Assembly (NCBI RefSeq): GCF_018350175.1
Contig: NC_058373.1
Span: 107,138,001 to 107,202,000, forward strand
Direction of reading: 5' to 3'
Origin: Felis catus
Taxonomy: Eukaryota
DNA length: 64,000 bases
In this document: positions 41,143 to 55,786 of the stretch, piece after piece
Layout: each line of letters starts with the position of its first letter
Position numbering within the stretch: the stretch's first letter is position 1
Made by a program: the position numbers and the translations under genes
The notes under the pieces: model-generated
What the model was told of the DNA's origin: nothing
The model's database searches: none
What the model saw: the letters and a program-made list of their open reading frames with translations, nothing else

Positions 41143-42084
41143 TGTGAGGATCCATCCTTAAAGACATCTACCACATATTTGCTTCACCTCCTCTCTGGGT
41201 TTTATTTTTATTTTTGCTGGGATTATTCCTCCTGTCAGTAAATCCCAAAACAATCCCAGAAACTTCCTTCTCTCTCTTCTTTCTCTCTCATTCATTTACC
41301 CATGCAAATTTCAGCTATGCATATTACTTTCGATAATACCTGAATGAGAAAATCCTTGAAATCAGAGAAGGATATGCAATATGTCAAAATGAGCTATTCA
41401 TCCCTGGTGATTATTAGAGTGTCACAAGAGAAGAAATGTACCCAAGAGGGTCCTGCACAATTCCATCTCTGGGAATTGTGCTCTATCTAAAGACTCTCTG
41501 TCATTTCACCAGCCCATTCATTTACTCAAAAAATATTTATCAGGTGCTAGTATATCCAGCACTGTGTTAACATCAGCAAAGCATTAAATCTTCAAAGTAG
41601 TTTCTTACTCTACACTTATGTTGACACATTTAGGTGGGCCTTAAATTCTGTACTCAGCTGAATGCTTTAGTTCCCTTCTAAGTAATTTGTCATTTTCAGC
41701 ACATATAAGTGGGTTTTATTTTTCATCAATGGAATTCTACCATATATGATGGCATCTACATAAGTGTTCAAATCATGAAGAATAGAGATGACAAAATCCA
41801 AGCATTATATATCTACATATCATTCCAGAATTAAATTACTGGAGTTCAACTTCAGTGTTCTAGGCTCGGAGCTTCAAGAAAAAAGTTTCAGCTCTGACTA
41901 CCTCCAAAGGCTAATCAGACCTTATGTCTCTAGTCTCTATTGCAGTAATTTGTGCATCTTTCAGCGTTTCAGACAAAAGGAGGGAATGGCCATGATCTGC
42001 CCTCACTGGAAACGCTAGCATCATGGGAATTTTCCCAGGCAGCTTTGTGCAACTAAGGAGGCTTCAAGCGTATTATAATTATAG

Positions 42085-42290
42085 CTACTATTCATTAAAT
42101 GTCTATTGTGCCAAGCACTTTACATTTAATACTTCCGCTCATTTAAGCTTCACGGTACCCCTGCAGTGTAAGTATGATAGCTCCTATTTTCCCTGGTGAG
42201 GATCAGAGAAGTTGGGTAACTGGTGCAAAGTCTAACCACTTGCAAGTGTGTCTAAGTGATGGATCTGCGACAATGCATCGTTCTGATTCT
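42085..42290. mobile_element. MIR-like ancient SINE
   Basis: tgtgccaagcactttaca...cctattttccctggtgagga...agagaagttgggtaact resembles the MIR core. Confidence 0.6.
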
Positions 42291-42579
42291 CACTTCTCTC
42301 TGTCACGTGTTTCTGCTTTAAAAGAAAAAAAAAAAAAAAAAGCAGCCCACCTGCCTAGACTCCATGAAGGTTGGGGAGAAAGATGGAGACTGACAACGTT
42401 GTCTGGGAAAGATTTCTGAACTCCTAGACAAAGAGTAACGACAATTTGTAAGACAACAAGTAGTCGCAGCTGTCTCGGTTAAGGAGAAAAACGCAAAAGA
42501 AATGAAGACTATCAGAAATGCGATAAATAAAGGTAAAAAATATATATATATGGGGGGGAGGGGGGAAAACGAGAAAAAC

Positions 42580-43500
42580 GCGCCTTTAGAGGCCTTGGGT
42601 TTACTGCCTCCTACCACCCCTGAGGTTGCGCGAGCACAGGGCGCGGTGACTGACGGCAAAGTACGACCCAAAGATTGTTGGCCGCGTGGGAGTCTGCGCG
42701 TCACCTCCTCAGCTCCCTTTTCTCTCACTACCGCCCCCCCCCCCCCCCCCATCTCCCAAGCGCGGGCGGGAGCTTCCACCGCCAGTGCGGGCGAGGCCCG
42801 GAGGCAGATGGACGCTGCTGACTGATGGGGGCGGCCGAGCGCGAGGGCGCTGAGTGAGGCCCGCGCCTGGTCGCCGCTGGGCCTCAGGATCCCGGCCGCT
42901 CACCCTTCGCGGGCCCCGGGCGGGGTCGGAAGGGACACCTCCGCCCAAGAACCTCCGCCCGGGCAAGTGTGGGCGCAGAGGTCGGGCCTGGGCCTGCGCT
43001 GCGGCCCTCGGGAGGCTCTAGGCCCTGGTGCAGAGGCCGCGCTACCCGGCAGGGGTGTGTGCTAGGCCTGCAGCCGTGAGTTTCCCTCCCCACTCAGGGT
43101 TGACCCTGAACACAGATGTAACTGTGGCGGCAGCGGCGGCCCACGTGGTCTGGAGGCGCAGAGCGCTTGGGACGCGGCGTGGAAGTCGGCCCCGAGAGGC
43201 GCCCGGGCCTCTCGCGCCCAGCTCTCTCCGTCTCTGCTCTCCTTCCCTGGCTCAGAAAGCCTGCCAGCCGCAGCCCCAACCCTCTCCTCTCTCCTCCCCC
43301 AAAGCCGGGCTCCGCTTTCCCTCCATCAACTCTAGGCCGAATTCAATCCGAGAAGGCTCCTTTGAGCTTTTGTGTTTGCTGGGGGAGATGTGGGCGCAGG
43401 AGGGATCGCGTTACAACTTTCATTTCCTGAAATGTTTGAGGGAACATCCAGGGTTTTTATCCCCCCATCAGGCCGGGCGATGGGCTCGGGTTTCAGGCCT
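42580..43500. promoter_or_regulatory. Orphan CpG island ~8 kb downstream of the SIX1 stop
   Basis: Abrupt switch to GC/CpG-rich sequence with no recognisable CDS. Confidence 0.8.
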
Positions 43501-46500
43501 TGTCACTCAGCTGTCACCAAACAAACGAAGCTCTCAGAGCCCTGGAGAGGGAGTGCTACCTGCTATTCATGACCCCTAGAGCAGGTGATCGCTCATGGGA
43601 AAAACAGGTAGAATTAATCATAGGGCTGTTCTCTGTTTCCTCTCCTTTTTGGCAGACCTGCCCACAGTGTGAAACCTGTCAGAAAACAAATTAACTCTTT
43701 CTTGTCCCCCAGGGGAACTAAAAAGAAATTTTCAGAAAACCCAACATGCATTTACACCAAGTGACCCAATGAGAGTTGGAGGGAACATCTATACATCTGG
43801 CTCCATTTGGCGATTTCTTAGCTTGTGGGGTTCCCATCCTAGTGGGACTTGGAACATGAGGCAACCAGGAAAGAATGGGGCATATTCCTATCACCTGGTT
43901 CTACCTATTGAAAGGTGCCCCAGGTGTGGTCCCGGAACTTAGGTAGATTCACCTCCTTTCTTCCTGAGTGTCAGTGCAGCTGCGCTTGATCCTAGTTAAA
44001 GGAAAACCTCTACCCTATCACAAGTTTCTAAGAAACGTCTTTAAATGGGTGTTTTCCATCCCCCAGACTCTTCCCTAGTCAATCTTGTTGAGCATCCATA
44101 ATGGCTCTGTATGAGAAAATCCAAACTATTTCATAATTTCCCCCATTCATTTTTATTCCTAACTTAATTTAGAAGTAATTTCTTAAAACTTACTTCTTGC
44201 CTTAGTTGATCAAAAACAGAAAGTTAGCATATTGGTGTTCTTTGTTGTGTGGATACTGTTTAAGTGCTCCTTATTAAATATTATAATACAAGATTTAAAT
44301 TATACCTTTATTTTCTATTTTGCTCTACTTTTCTTTGTCCTATATCTCTGTCCTTCTCTGGGGAAAAAAAAAGTTTTAATTAGAAGGAAAGAGGAAATGC
44401 GTGCAGATTTGCTTCTAAGATACATAAATGTTGGAAAAGTTAACAAGGACAGTTTTGGAGCCATAAAACAGACTGGTTTTTTTAAAACAGAAGTATGGTT
44501 AGGGGACTGCATTGTCATTCAGCCTTGTAGTTTTTCCATAAAAGTTTTGTGTGTGTGTGTGAGAAATCAAGAGATATATCATATGTAAAAATAATCCTCT
44601 GGCTTTCTTTATGAAGATTTTGTCTGTTTATTTTGAAAACAGCCATTGGTTCCAGATTCCCAGAACTGATTTTGTTAGATTAGCTATTTGTACTCAGAGG
44701 TAGAGCCCTGAGCAATATTATTCTTCAATTAAAATCAAGAACTTGACTTTAGAAGGAAGCATGTTATGTTTATATAGCATCAGCAATGCATAGAAAATAT
44801 TCACCACACATATCTGAAGACAGACAAGGCTTCGATTGTTTAAATGTTCTTTTCACTTCCTAGATACTAAGGCACTTTGACTTTCTATCTGGCTTAATTT
44901 TCTTAAGCTTGTTACCTACTTTCATTCACGGCATTCTAAATAAATACAGAGCTAATGCTTCTTCCATGTAACTATCTCCTTGACTTAGAGATAAATGTGC
45001 CTTTTGCAAGGTATTGCAGACTATGCCACCACACTCCCCAAATGCATTTTCAGTACAGTCAACCTAAGTTTTAGTTTTTGCTCCCCTCCATCAACCACAC
45101 CAGTCCCTGCCACTACTCCCCCAAACACACACACGCTGCAAAAGTTAAGGGAGCATTACTGCATACTGATGCTTACAATTTAAATATAATATCTGTGTGA
45201 GGGCTAACTAAAGACGTCACAGCTATGTGGGTTGGGTTGGGTTTGTTATTGTTTTTCACAGTCCCATTGCCTTTTTCTCGTATTTAGATTATTTGGATAA
45301 GTGGCAAGTCAAATTAGAATTGAAGTATTGCAAAGCAGCTAAAGCCATGCCTGAAGTAGGGGAGCAAAAGAGAGAATAGTTGAGTTTGTAAAAATCACTT
45401 AATATAAATTGGAGAACACCTAAACAGTTGGTTTTACAGGCTTGCTGACTAGAACCTGCAGACTTTGTATGAGGGAAGCTGACTGACCAGGTCTATGACA
45501 CGTTAAAGAACGTTTCAATGTTCTTTAAGAACAATGTTCTTTAATGCCCTATGTTTAGTAAAAATATGTAGTCTAGGACTGTTTTTTTTTCCTTTAAGAT
45601 CCCACATCTATACCAGCTCAGGTCCTGAACCACCACTCCCCCCAAAACCCATGTACCTATTATAAATACACCATGATATTTTAAAAGCCATAATCAATTT
45701 TAAATCCTAAATTAAATTATTACAGCAAATTTAAATAAATTTGACTTGTGTTAATTCATGAGTGCTCCTATTGAGGTCTCCTATATCAGTCCTATAAAAG
45801 ATTTATCTCTAAGTTAGAGTAGGAAGAACAGGGGACCAGTTGGAGGAAGCTAGTATGCATTTCCATGCCTTCTTACTATAGTAAGTAAAGGGCCAGAATC
45901 TTTCTACTTACCTGTCTTTTTAATGACAACCGCTAATGGCAGTGAAGAAAGGAGAGTGGCCAATATCACTTAATAGTATTTTAATTACAATTGGGTAGCC
46001 ACTTCAGGTAAGCTTAAGTGTGTGTTAAATCTGAAGTAAACCTTTTTTTTCCCCCTCCAAGATAGGATTGTTTGAGGTTTGGTTTTCAGTTTTTTGGTTT
46101 TGTTTTTCTTTGTACATTTTCCGGGGGGGGGGGCAGATTTTTGATTTTAAGAATATTTTAATGTTATGGCAAAGGAAAACAATTAGTGAACACTTTACCA
46201 AAAAAAGGGGGGGGGAGACTCCCAGGTAGCAAAGAAAAAGAGGGGAGCAACTATGGTTCTCAGCTCTACCTGCTGAGACGGGGTCTCAGCTGTCCATTAA
46301 CAAGTTAAAAGGAGAGAAGCTGAAACTCATACTGAGTAAGAGTCCGGAGTCCACGCGCCTCAAGCAGTCTCTTTCTCTTTGTTTTTAAATGCTACTGTAG
46401 TGTTGTTTCTCGCTGTCTGAAAGGACCACAGCGTCTAAAACGCTGATTGTCATCCTCAGTGGGAGAACAGGTTTCCAATTTCATCAGCTGGAACGAAGTT

Positions 46501-46749
46501 GTGTGTGTATACTCGGCTTAAAACACTAGAGAAAACGTGGCCTTCCCAGGGCAGCGCTTTTCCTGGGTAGACAGTAAACCAACATTTCGCCCCAGATTTT
46601 GACTCTTTTCGTTCCTGGCTGGCTCATCCATCTCTTTAGAGAGTCTTCCGGGTGGAGTCACTGGAGTCAATCAGACTGGAGGAGGGGGTCACTATGATCT
46701 TGAGGGGCTCCAGCGTTCCCACCTAAGGTCGCAGAGCATACCTGCTGGC

Positions 46750-48470
46750 TAAGGGACTGAGCCCTCGGGTAGCCTTAGTGCGAATTGCCCCTTGGGGGCC
46801 AAATGAGCACAGGCACTGGTTCCGCTGGCTTCCGGAGGCTGGAGGAGGGAATCTGGGAGAGTTTTTAGCGTTCTACTCCTGAGGAAAGCTCCGAAAAAGG
46901 AGAAGTAGCTCAGAGAGAGCACATGAGCCACCTGCGACTCTCCTCACCTTAACCCTGACCCTTTTATCCCTCTCAACGCCACCTACTCCACCAGAGAAGG
47001 GCAGAATGTGAGCGGCGACGCTCTGGCCCGCAGTGCGCTTCGGGTGGTGCTTTCCCTGCTGGGGCCCCGGGCCGTACGCGGGGCAGAGGTTGATGCTGGG
47101 CCCAGGGCCACCGGCCAAGGGAGAAACGTCCGACCGGGCCCTGCCAAAGAAGAGGAGCTGTCGCCCCGACCTGCCAGAGACTCCAGAAACCAAGGCCGCT
47201 TTCCTGTGCCGTCGACCTTCTAGCGACAGGGCAGGGAAGAGACGCGCTTTCTGGCTGGCACTCCTCCGCCAAAGGCGCGGGTGAAAAGCTCAGGTCCAAA
47301 AGCCGAGGCCGAGGCCTCAGGAAGCAGAAGAGACAGAACATAGCGGAAGCAGGGAACAGGCGGCGGGGCCTAGGCCGCCTCCTAAGTAGGCTCCTAGGCC
47401 CGAGGCGGCTGCCCTGGACCCGAAGCGCGGCGTCGGAGCACCAGGAAGCGTTCCCCCTGCGGCCGCGCCAGGATCCGCCTGGGGCCTGGACGGCTTTATC
47501 CCGCCGCCACCGGGCCCTCTCCAACCCCTCAGTGGTGCGGTCGCGGCCGCCTAGTGCGTCGCCCAGAATTTAGCTCCACAGGTTAAAAAGGAGACCCGGA
47601 CTTGGGCCTGCAAGGTGGCTCCGGGGTCCACAGGACGATGGCAGCTCGTCCCGCGAGGCTCAGGCTACCACCTCTTTGGCCCTTCCAGGGCAGCCTCGCA
47701 GCCTCAGTTCCCCAAGCCTCGGCCGGCCGGGCCACCAGGCCCTGCGCCTGGAGCTGAGCTGTGATGGGGTTCCCGGGACGCGCACGATTCTCTGTGAACT
47801 GGTAGAGAAGAGCCTCGGCCAGGGCGGGGAGGAGGGAGCTGCGGCGCCCCGACTCCCCGCGCCTCCGCAGGACAGAGTGGCGAGAGCTGCCTCTGGAGTC
47901 TGCGGGTGGCAGGGGGAGCTCCCCCAGCGTTCTGCAACTGGAGACGCGCGGAATGGAAGCCTCTGGATTCCCGGGACCTGGAGTTCTGCCCGCAGACTTT
48001 ACCAAAGACCTCCCGGAGGGGGAGGAGGTAGGAGCGAAGCCCCCCTCGGCCGCAGCCGCCGCCGTAGCCGCAGAGGCGGCGGCGGAGCAGAGGAAGGCCG
48101 GCTGTGCGTGGGTTCAGGGCCAGGTGCCCGCCGGGCCGTCAAGGTGCGGGGGAGAGGAGCGTAACGACGATCACCGCTCAGCAAACAGAGTCCGCCCATA
48201 AACGCCAATGCCAATGCCTCTTCCTGGAAGCTTCCACTTCAGCTCGGGGTCAAGACCAAGCTGTCCTTGCCTGGAGAATTGGTTCAAGACCCGCAGTGTC
48301 CGGCCCCAGGGGCGCCTGCCTCCTTGCCTGCAGCTCGTGGGGCTCTGATGGCTCTCGAGCCCCTACTTGCTAAGCCAAAATCTCGGAACGGCCAGCCAAG
48401 TCCCTTTGCCTCCGAATAGTTAGGAAGCTTCGTTCTCAGCCAAGAGGTCAACACGCGCAGGCAGCCAGGA
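46750..48470. promoter_or_regulatory. CpG island immediately beyond the SIX1 3' end
   Basis: High GC/CpG. ORFs in several frames are low-complexity Arg/Pro/Gly-rich and unrecognisable. Confidence 0.8.
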
Positions 48471-48519
48471 CCCGAACAATTGTGTGTTCAGATTTAAAAC
48501 GTCAAAAAAAAAAAAAAAA

Positions 48520-51133
48520 TCGCACTAGTATTTGTTTTTTCATTTTACTTGGCAAAAGGCTGTAAGGTTTCGTCCTAAAAACACTATTTATAAGCCGTTG
48601 TTCATTACTTTTGGCTATCATTAAGAAACCTGCAGAGGAGAAACGAAAAGTGGCTTTTGATTCAGTTAAACTGCGACGCCGAGAAGATAAATTGGATGTC
48701 CCTTAACAGCTGGTCCTCGAAGATTTCCTCAAGGAAAAAAAAAATGTGGTTAGTTCCCCCAATGATCGCTCCAAAACGATTGCCAAGAAAACTCACAGCA
48801 ATATCCAGTTTTCTCGCCTACTCCTGCTTGTCCCTGGTTTCGCCAGACTGAGCCGAGGACGGTGGAGGGAGGCATATTGTGCAATTTCTTATTAAACACA
48901 TCTGGAATATGCGCACTCTGGCTCCAGTGCCAGGGATTTTACAAAGAGTTTATGACTGTGACAGAAAATTGTCCTTTTAACGAGTTTACAAGCAGTAATC
49001 ACAGGGGTTTTTACAGGACTGGCCCGCTCTGCTCCTCACCAGATCTGCAGACATTTCCAAGATTCACCAACCAAGGGAGAGGAAGTGGGCCCGGGCGCCC
49101 AGGGAGACAGATCTTCCACGAGTCTAAAATTATACCAAGCAGAGCTGGAAGAGTGGGGGGTAGTCATCGGAGTAGGAAGAGAGGGCATGTAAGAAATTAA
49201 AGTAATTGGCCCTTCCTTATTTTCCAGGGAGATTTCCGCGGTGTCCTTTGAAGCCTGTCAGGGTCATTGAAAGCTATCTTTGTGCAGGGTGTTTGTTTTG
49301 GGGAGTGAATGTGAAGAATGTGCGGAGATCCCCTGTGAGAGCCCCTCCTGCAGAGGGTGGCATTTCTCCGTGGCCCAAGACGTGGAGAATAAACACCCTA
49401 GTGACTTAAATAAACACCAACTTAATGATCCAAAACACTAACAAGGGAGATTGGGACCCTGAGCTCCCAATCCAAATGATGGTCTCCCAGTGGCTGTGTG
49501 CACATCTGTCCATCACTAAGGGGGAAAAAAATGACTTTATAAGTAAAAGTGACTACAGTTAAGTACAGTGATCCTGTCTCCTTTGAACTCAGTCAAAGCT
49601 ATTTGACATTAAAAAAAAAAAAAAAACCTCATAATAAGAAGGCCTAAAATTCTACCACCACCACCCCTCATACACACAACTCAGTCTCCTAGATCAGGAC
49701 AGGAAAGATAGGAAAGAGTAAGAAAGAAATGAATATATTAATAGTGACACGGATGGGGAAAAAATCAAAATTATGAAAGTGTCATGTCAGAAAATAAATA
49801 GACTCTCTCTGGGGAGCAATATTTTTACAAAGCACAAGCAAGCCAATCCTGTTATCCTGAGTAGAATTTTAATAAATAATGCCATTTGTTTCACTAATTT
49901 TAAAAGCTAAATACAAAGATACATCATTTTTGCCCCAGGCAAAAATAATATGGAGCCTACACGATTACTGGGATTTTTCTGGACACTATCTCACAGCAGT
50001 GCAAAGAGCCCCTGTCCTGTTGGTCTGCTTTCTATTTATACAGGTTAATTCACAATGTTGTTATCCATGTTCGAGTCCCCCCCACCTTTTTTTTTTCCCA
50101 AGCAGATATATTATTTTACTTTCACAGTCTTGTCATAAACTCATTAATACAAAAGAGCTGAGTTAACATATGAACGCTGTGGAGAAGAGCTAGTGGTAAA
50201 CAAAACTGCATATCTAAATAATAAAAAAATAAATAAATACCCTAGAGCTAACTTCACTCTTTTTCTATCACATAATCAACTCAGTCACCACTCTTGGTTC
50301 AGGTGGTGGCCTTCAAAGTACCCTGCAATTCATAACCATCATTAAGTAAGAAAGCAAGAAAACTTCAAAAAAAAAAAAAAAAATAGGGCCCAATGACAGC
50401 AATACACAACTCACCTTTCAGAAACAGAATCGTACTCCTGGTGTTCTACTAAGTTTTAATTTAGACTGGTTTAGGTACAATAGAAAAGAAACCTGAAAAC
50501 ACATGCTGTTTTAGTAACAAATACCAGGTTGCCAGATTTGTCGCATATTTTTGCAGGCTAGAAACTAGGAACAAGAGAAACCCTTAACAGGAGTAGGCTA
50601 CAGATATGAAAGCTTCAAGGGCATGAGAAGTAATGGCATTCAGGAAAGTGTTTTTTTTTTTTTTCACATTGGTACATTTTTAAAGTTTGCCATTAAAAAA
50701 ACCCAAGAAAACAAACAACAACCAAAAACCCCACTAAATTTGACAAAAATAGTTGTAGCACTAATGGTCACTGCTATTTCTAACTGCCTTACACAGAGAG
50801 CATTAAGACATTTAGGCACTTAGTTTTCCCCCTAATACTGTTCTTTCATTTTAATCTACATAAAAGTGTTTAACACTAAATAATGAAAAATGTAAACTTA
50901 ATTTTTTCCCCATCAAAAAAAAGTTATAAGATCATATTTTTCCTATTCACCTTAAGAATGCAAACATTTTCCTCCTGGCTGGAGGCTTTTATTTTCACTA
51001 TTTTGACTTCTCTCTCTCTCTCTCTCTTCATTTCCTTTTCCTCTTCCCAAATGATTTTGCCATAAATAAATTAAAAAGGAAATAAGTAAAATTCAGTTGA
51101 TTTGTAATTCCCATTCACTGGAAAAAAAAGAAA

Positions 51134-51164
<31 letters not shown>

Positions 51165-51494
51165 AGAAAAGAAAAGAAAAGCAAGGCTACTGAAGCTGGC
51201 ACATGGATTGCCCAGAACCAAGACTGGGTGAGTGGGTGCTTTTGTTTGTTTGGGTTTTTTTTTTCTTTTTTTTTTTCCTGATCTCTGCACTGGGATGGGA
51301 AATGCAAGAGTTGGAGAGAAGAAGGTAACTAACTAAGCTTGAGATCGCTGTTGGTTTTGAGTTTTAAAAAGATATTTGTGAAAGTCCACCATTCCTTTAT
51401 GCGCAGAGAACCCCAGAAACAAGCTGCAAAAATGTTCCTGATTTCTATTTACAAGTGTCCCTAGTCACTGCTTCCAGGCCCAGTACCTCCCCAC
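48520..51494 (-). other. SIX1: SIX1 3' UTR (distal end uncertain; several candidate poly(A) signals)
   Basis: AT-rich and TE-free after the stop codon. Minus-strand AATAAA at 50988-50993, ATTAAA at 49868-49873, and AGTAAA at 48544-48549 followed by a U-rich tract (48504-48519). Confidence 0.6.
51121..51181. repeat. (GAAA)n/(GAAAA)n repeat in the SIX1 3' UTR ((UUUC)n in the mRNA)
   Basis: Read directly from the sequence. Confidence 0.9.
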
Positions 51495-54675
<3,181 letters not shown>

Positions 54676-54960
54676 TTCTGTTCTCCCCGCAGCGGCCTTA
54701 AAGCGCGCAGCGTCCCCGGCGCGCTGATTGGCTGCGGGCGGCGCCTATCCGGGGCTGGCCAGCCCGCGCGCCGCCGGGCCGGGCAGCGGGGCCGCGCCGC
54801 CCCGCGCCGCCCCGCGCGGGGAGGGCGCGGCTGTGGAGCCCGGGATAGGGAGTGGTGGGAGGAGAAGGACCGCGAGAGGTGGGAAGCGGGGTGGAGGGAG
54901 GGAGCCGCGCTGCCCAGGGGCGGGGGGGGGGGGCGGGTGTGAGTGGGTGAGCGCGTCAGG
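54676..54960 (-). promoter_or_regulatory. SIX1: SIX1 core/proximal promoter
   Basis: Minus-strand CCAAT box (attgg on + at 54727-54731), TATA-like TTTAAG at ~54697-54702, and GC boxes/G-tracts at 54770-54940, all inside a CpG island. Confidence 0.8.
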
Positions 54961-55732
54961 ACCCTGCAACGTGAGCCCCCTCTCAGTGTCACCTAAGGGC
55001 AGCCGCGCACATCTCTGCACAAATCAATGACTCCAGACCTTAATATTCCCCTCCTCTCCCTCTATACCCCCGTCCCTGTCCCTTGCAGACTTGCCCTTTC
55101 CCGGTGAGCTCATATTTAATTACCTTAATGTTGGAATGAATAAATAATGGATTGATGAATAGCTTATGGAACGCGATAAATAATACAAGATCAGAGCAGG
55201 GCTCCGGGCTGCAGCCTCTGGAAGAGCGGCTTCTCCCCGGCTGACTTCAGCTCTAGGAGCCTAATTCCCTCTACCATTCTTCCTTTGCCCCCACTGCCCT
55301 CCAAAGGGCACAAGTATTCCCAGCTGGATAGCGCTTCCCTCGTTTTCAAAAGGCCACGACTATTTGGGACCTTGGGAAGAGCTGTTGACAGCATTGTTGC
55401 TGAGCAAATAAAGATTCTGAGGGTTCATTTGTGATTTGGTATCTTAACGTTCTATGGTTTGAGCCGGCAGGCTTCTGGACTCAGTTTCCCCATCTGCGCC
55501 GTTGCGTTTTCCGAGGCCACCTCTGCTACTGAGGAATGCCCAGAAGCTTTACTTGCTATTAGCAAAAATGCTTTGGGAACCTCGTACGAAAGGCGCTGGA
55601 TGGGGTGTAAATTAAATAAAACTGTGTCCGGCTCCAATAGCTGTCTGATTGTAACCTAATCCTTGCCCTGCTCTGAGAGGGACACTGCCCTCAGAGCCAG
55701 GACGACAGCGGCTCCAAGAAGATTAAATAAAG

Positions 55733-55734
<2 letters not shown>

Positions 55735-55781
<47 letters not shown>
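55735..55781. repeat. (TG)n microsatellite ~1 kb upstream of the SIX1 TSS
   Basis: Read directly from the sequence. Confidence 0.97.

Positions 55782-55786
<5 letters not shown>

Noticed and set aside
46272..46290. Hairpin gctgagac-ggg-gtctcagc
   Set aside because: An 8-bp stem is within chance expectation for 64 kb; no supporting context.
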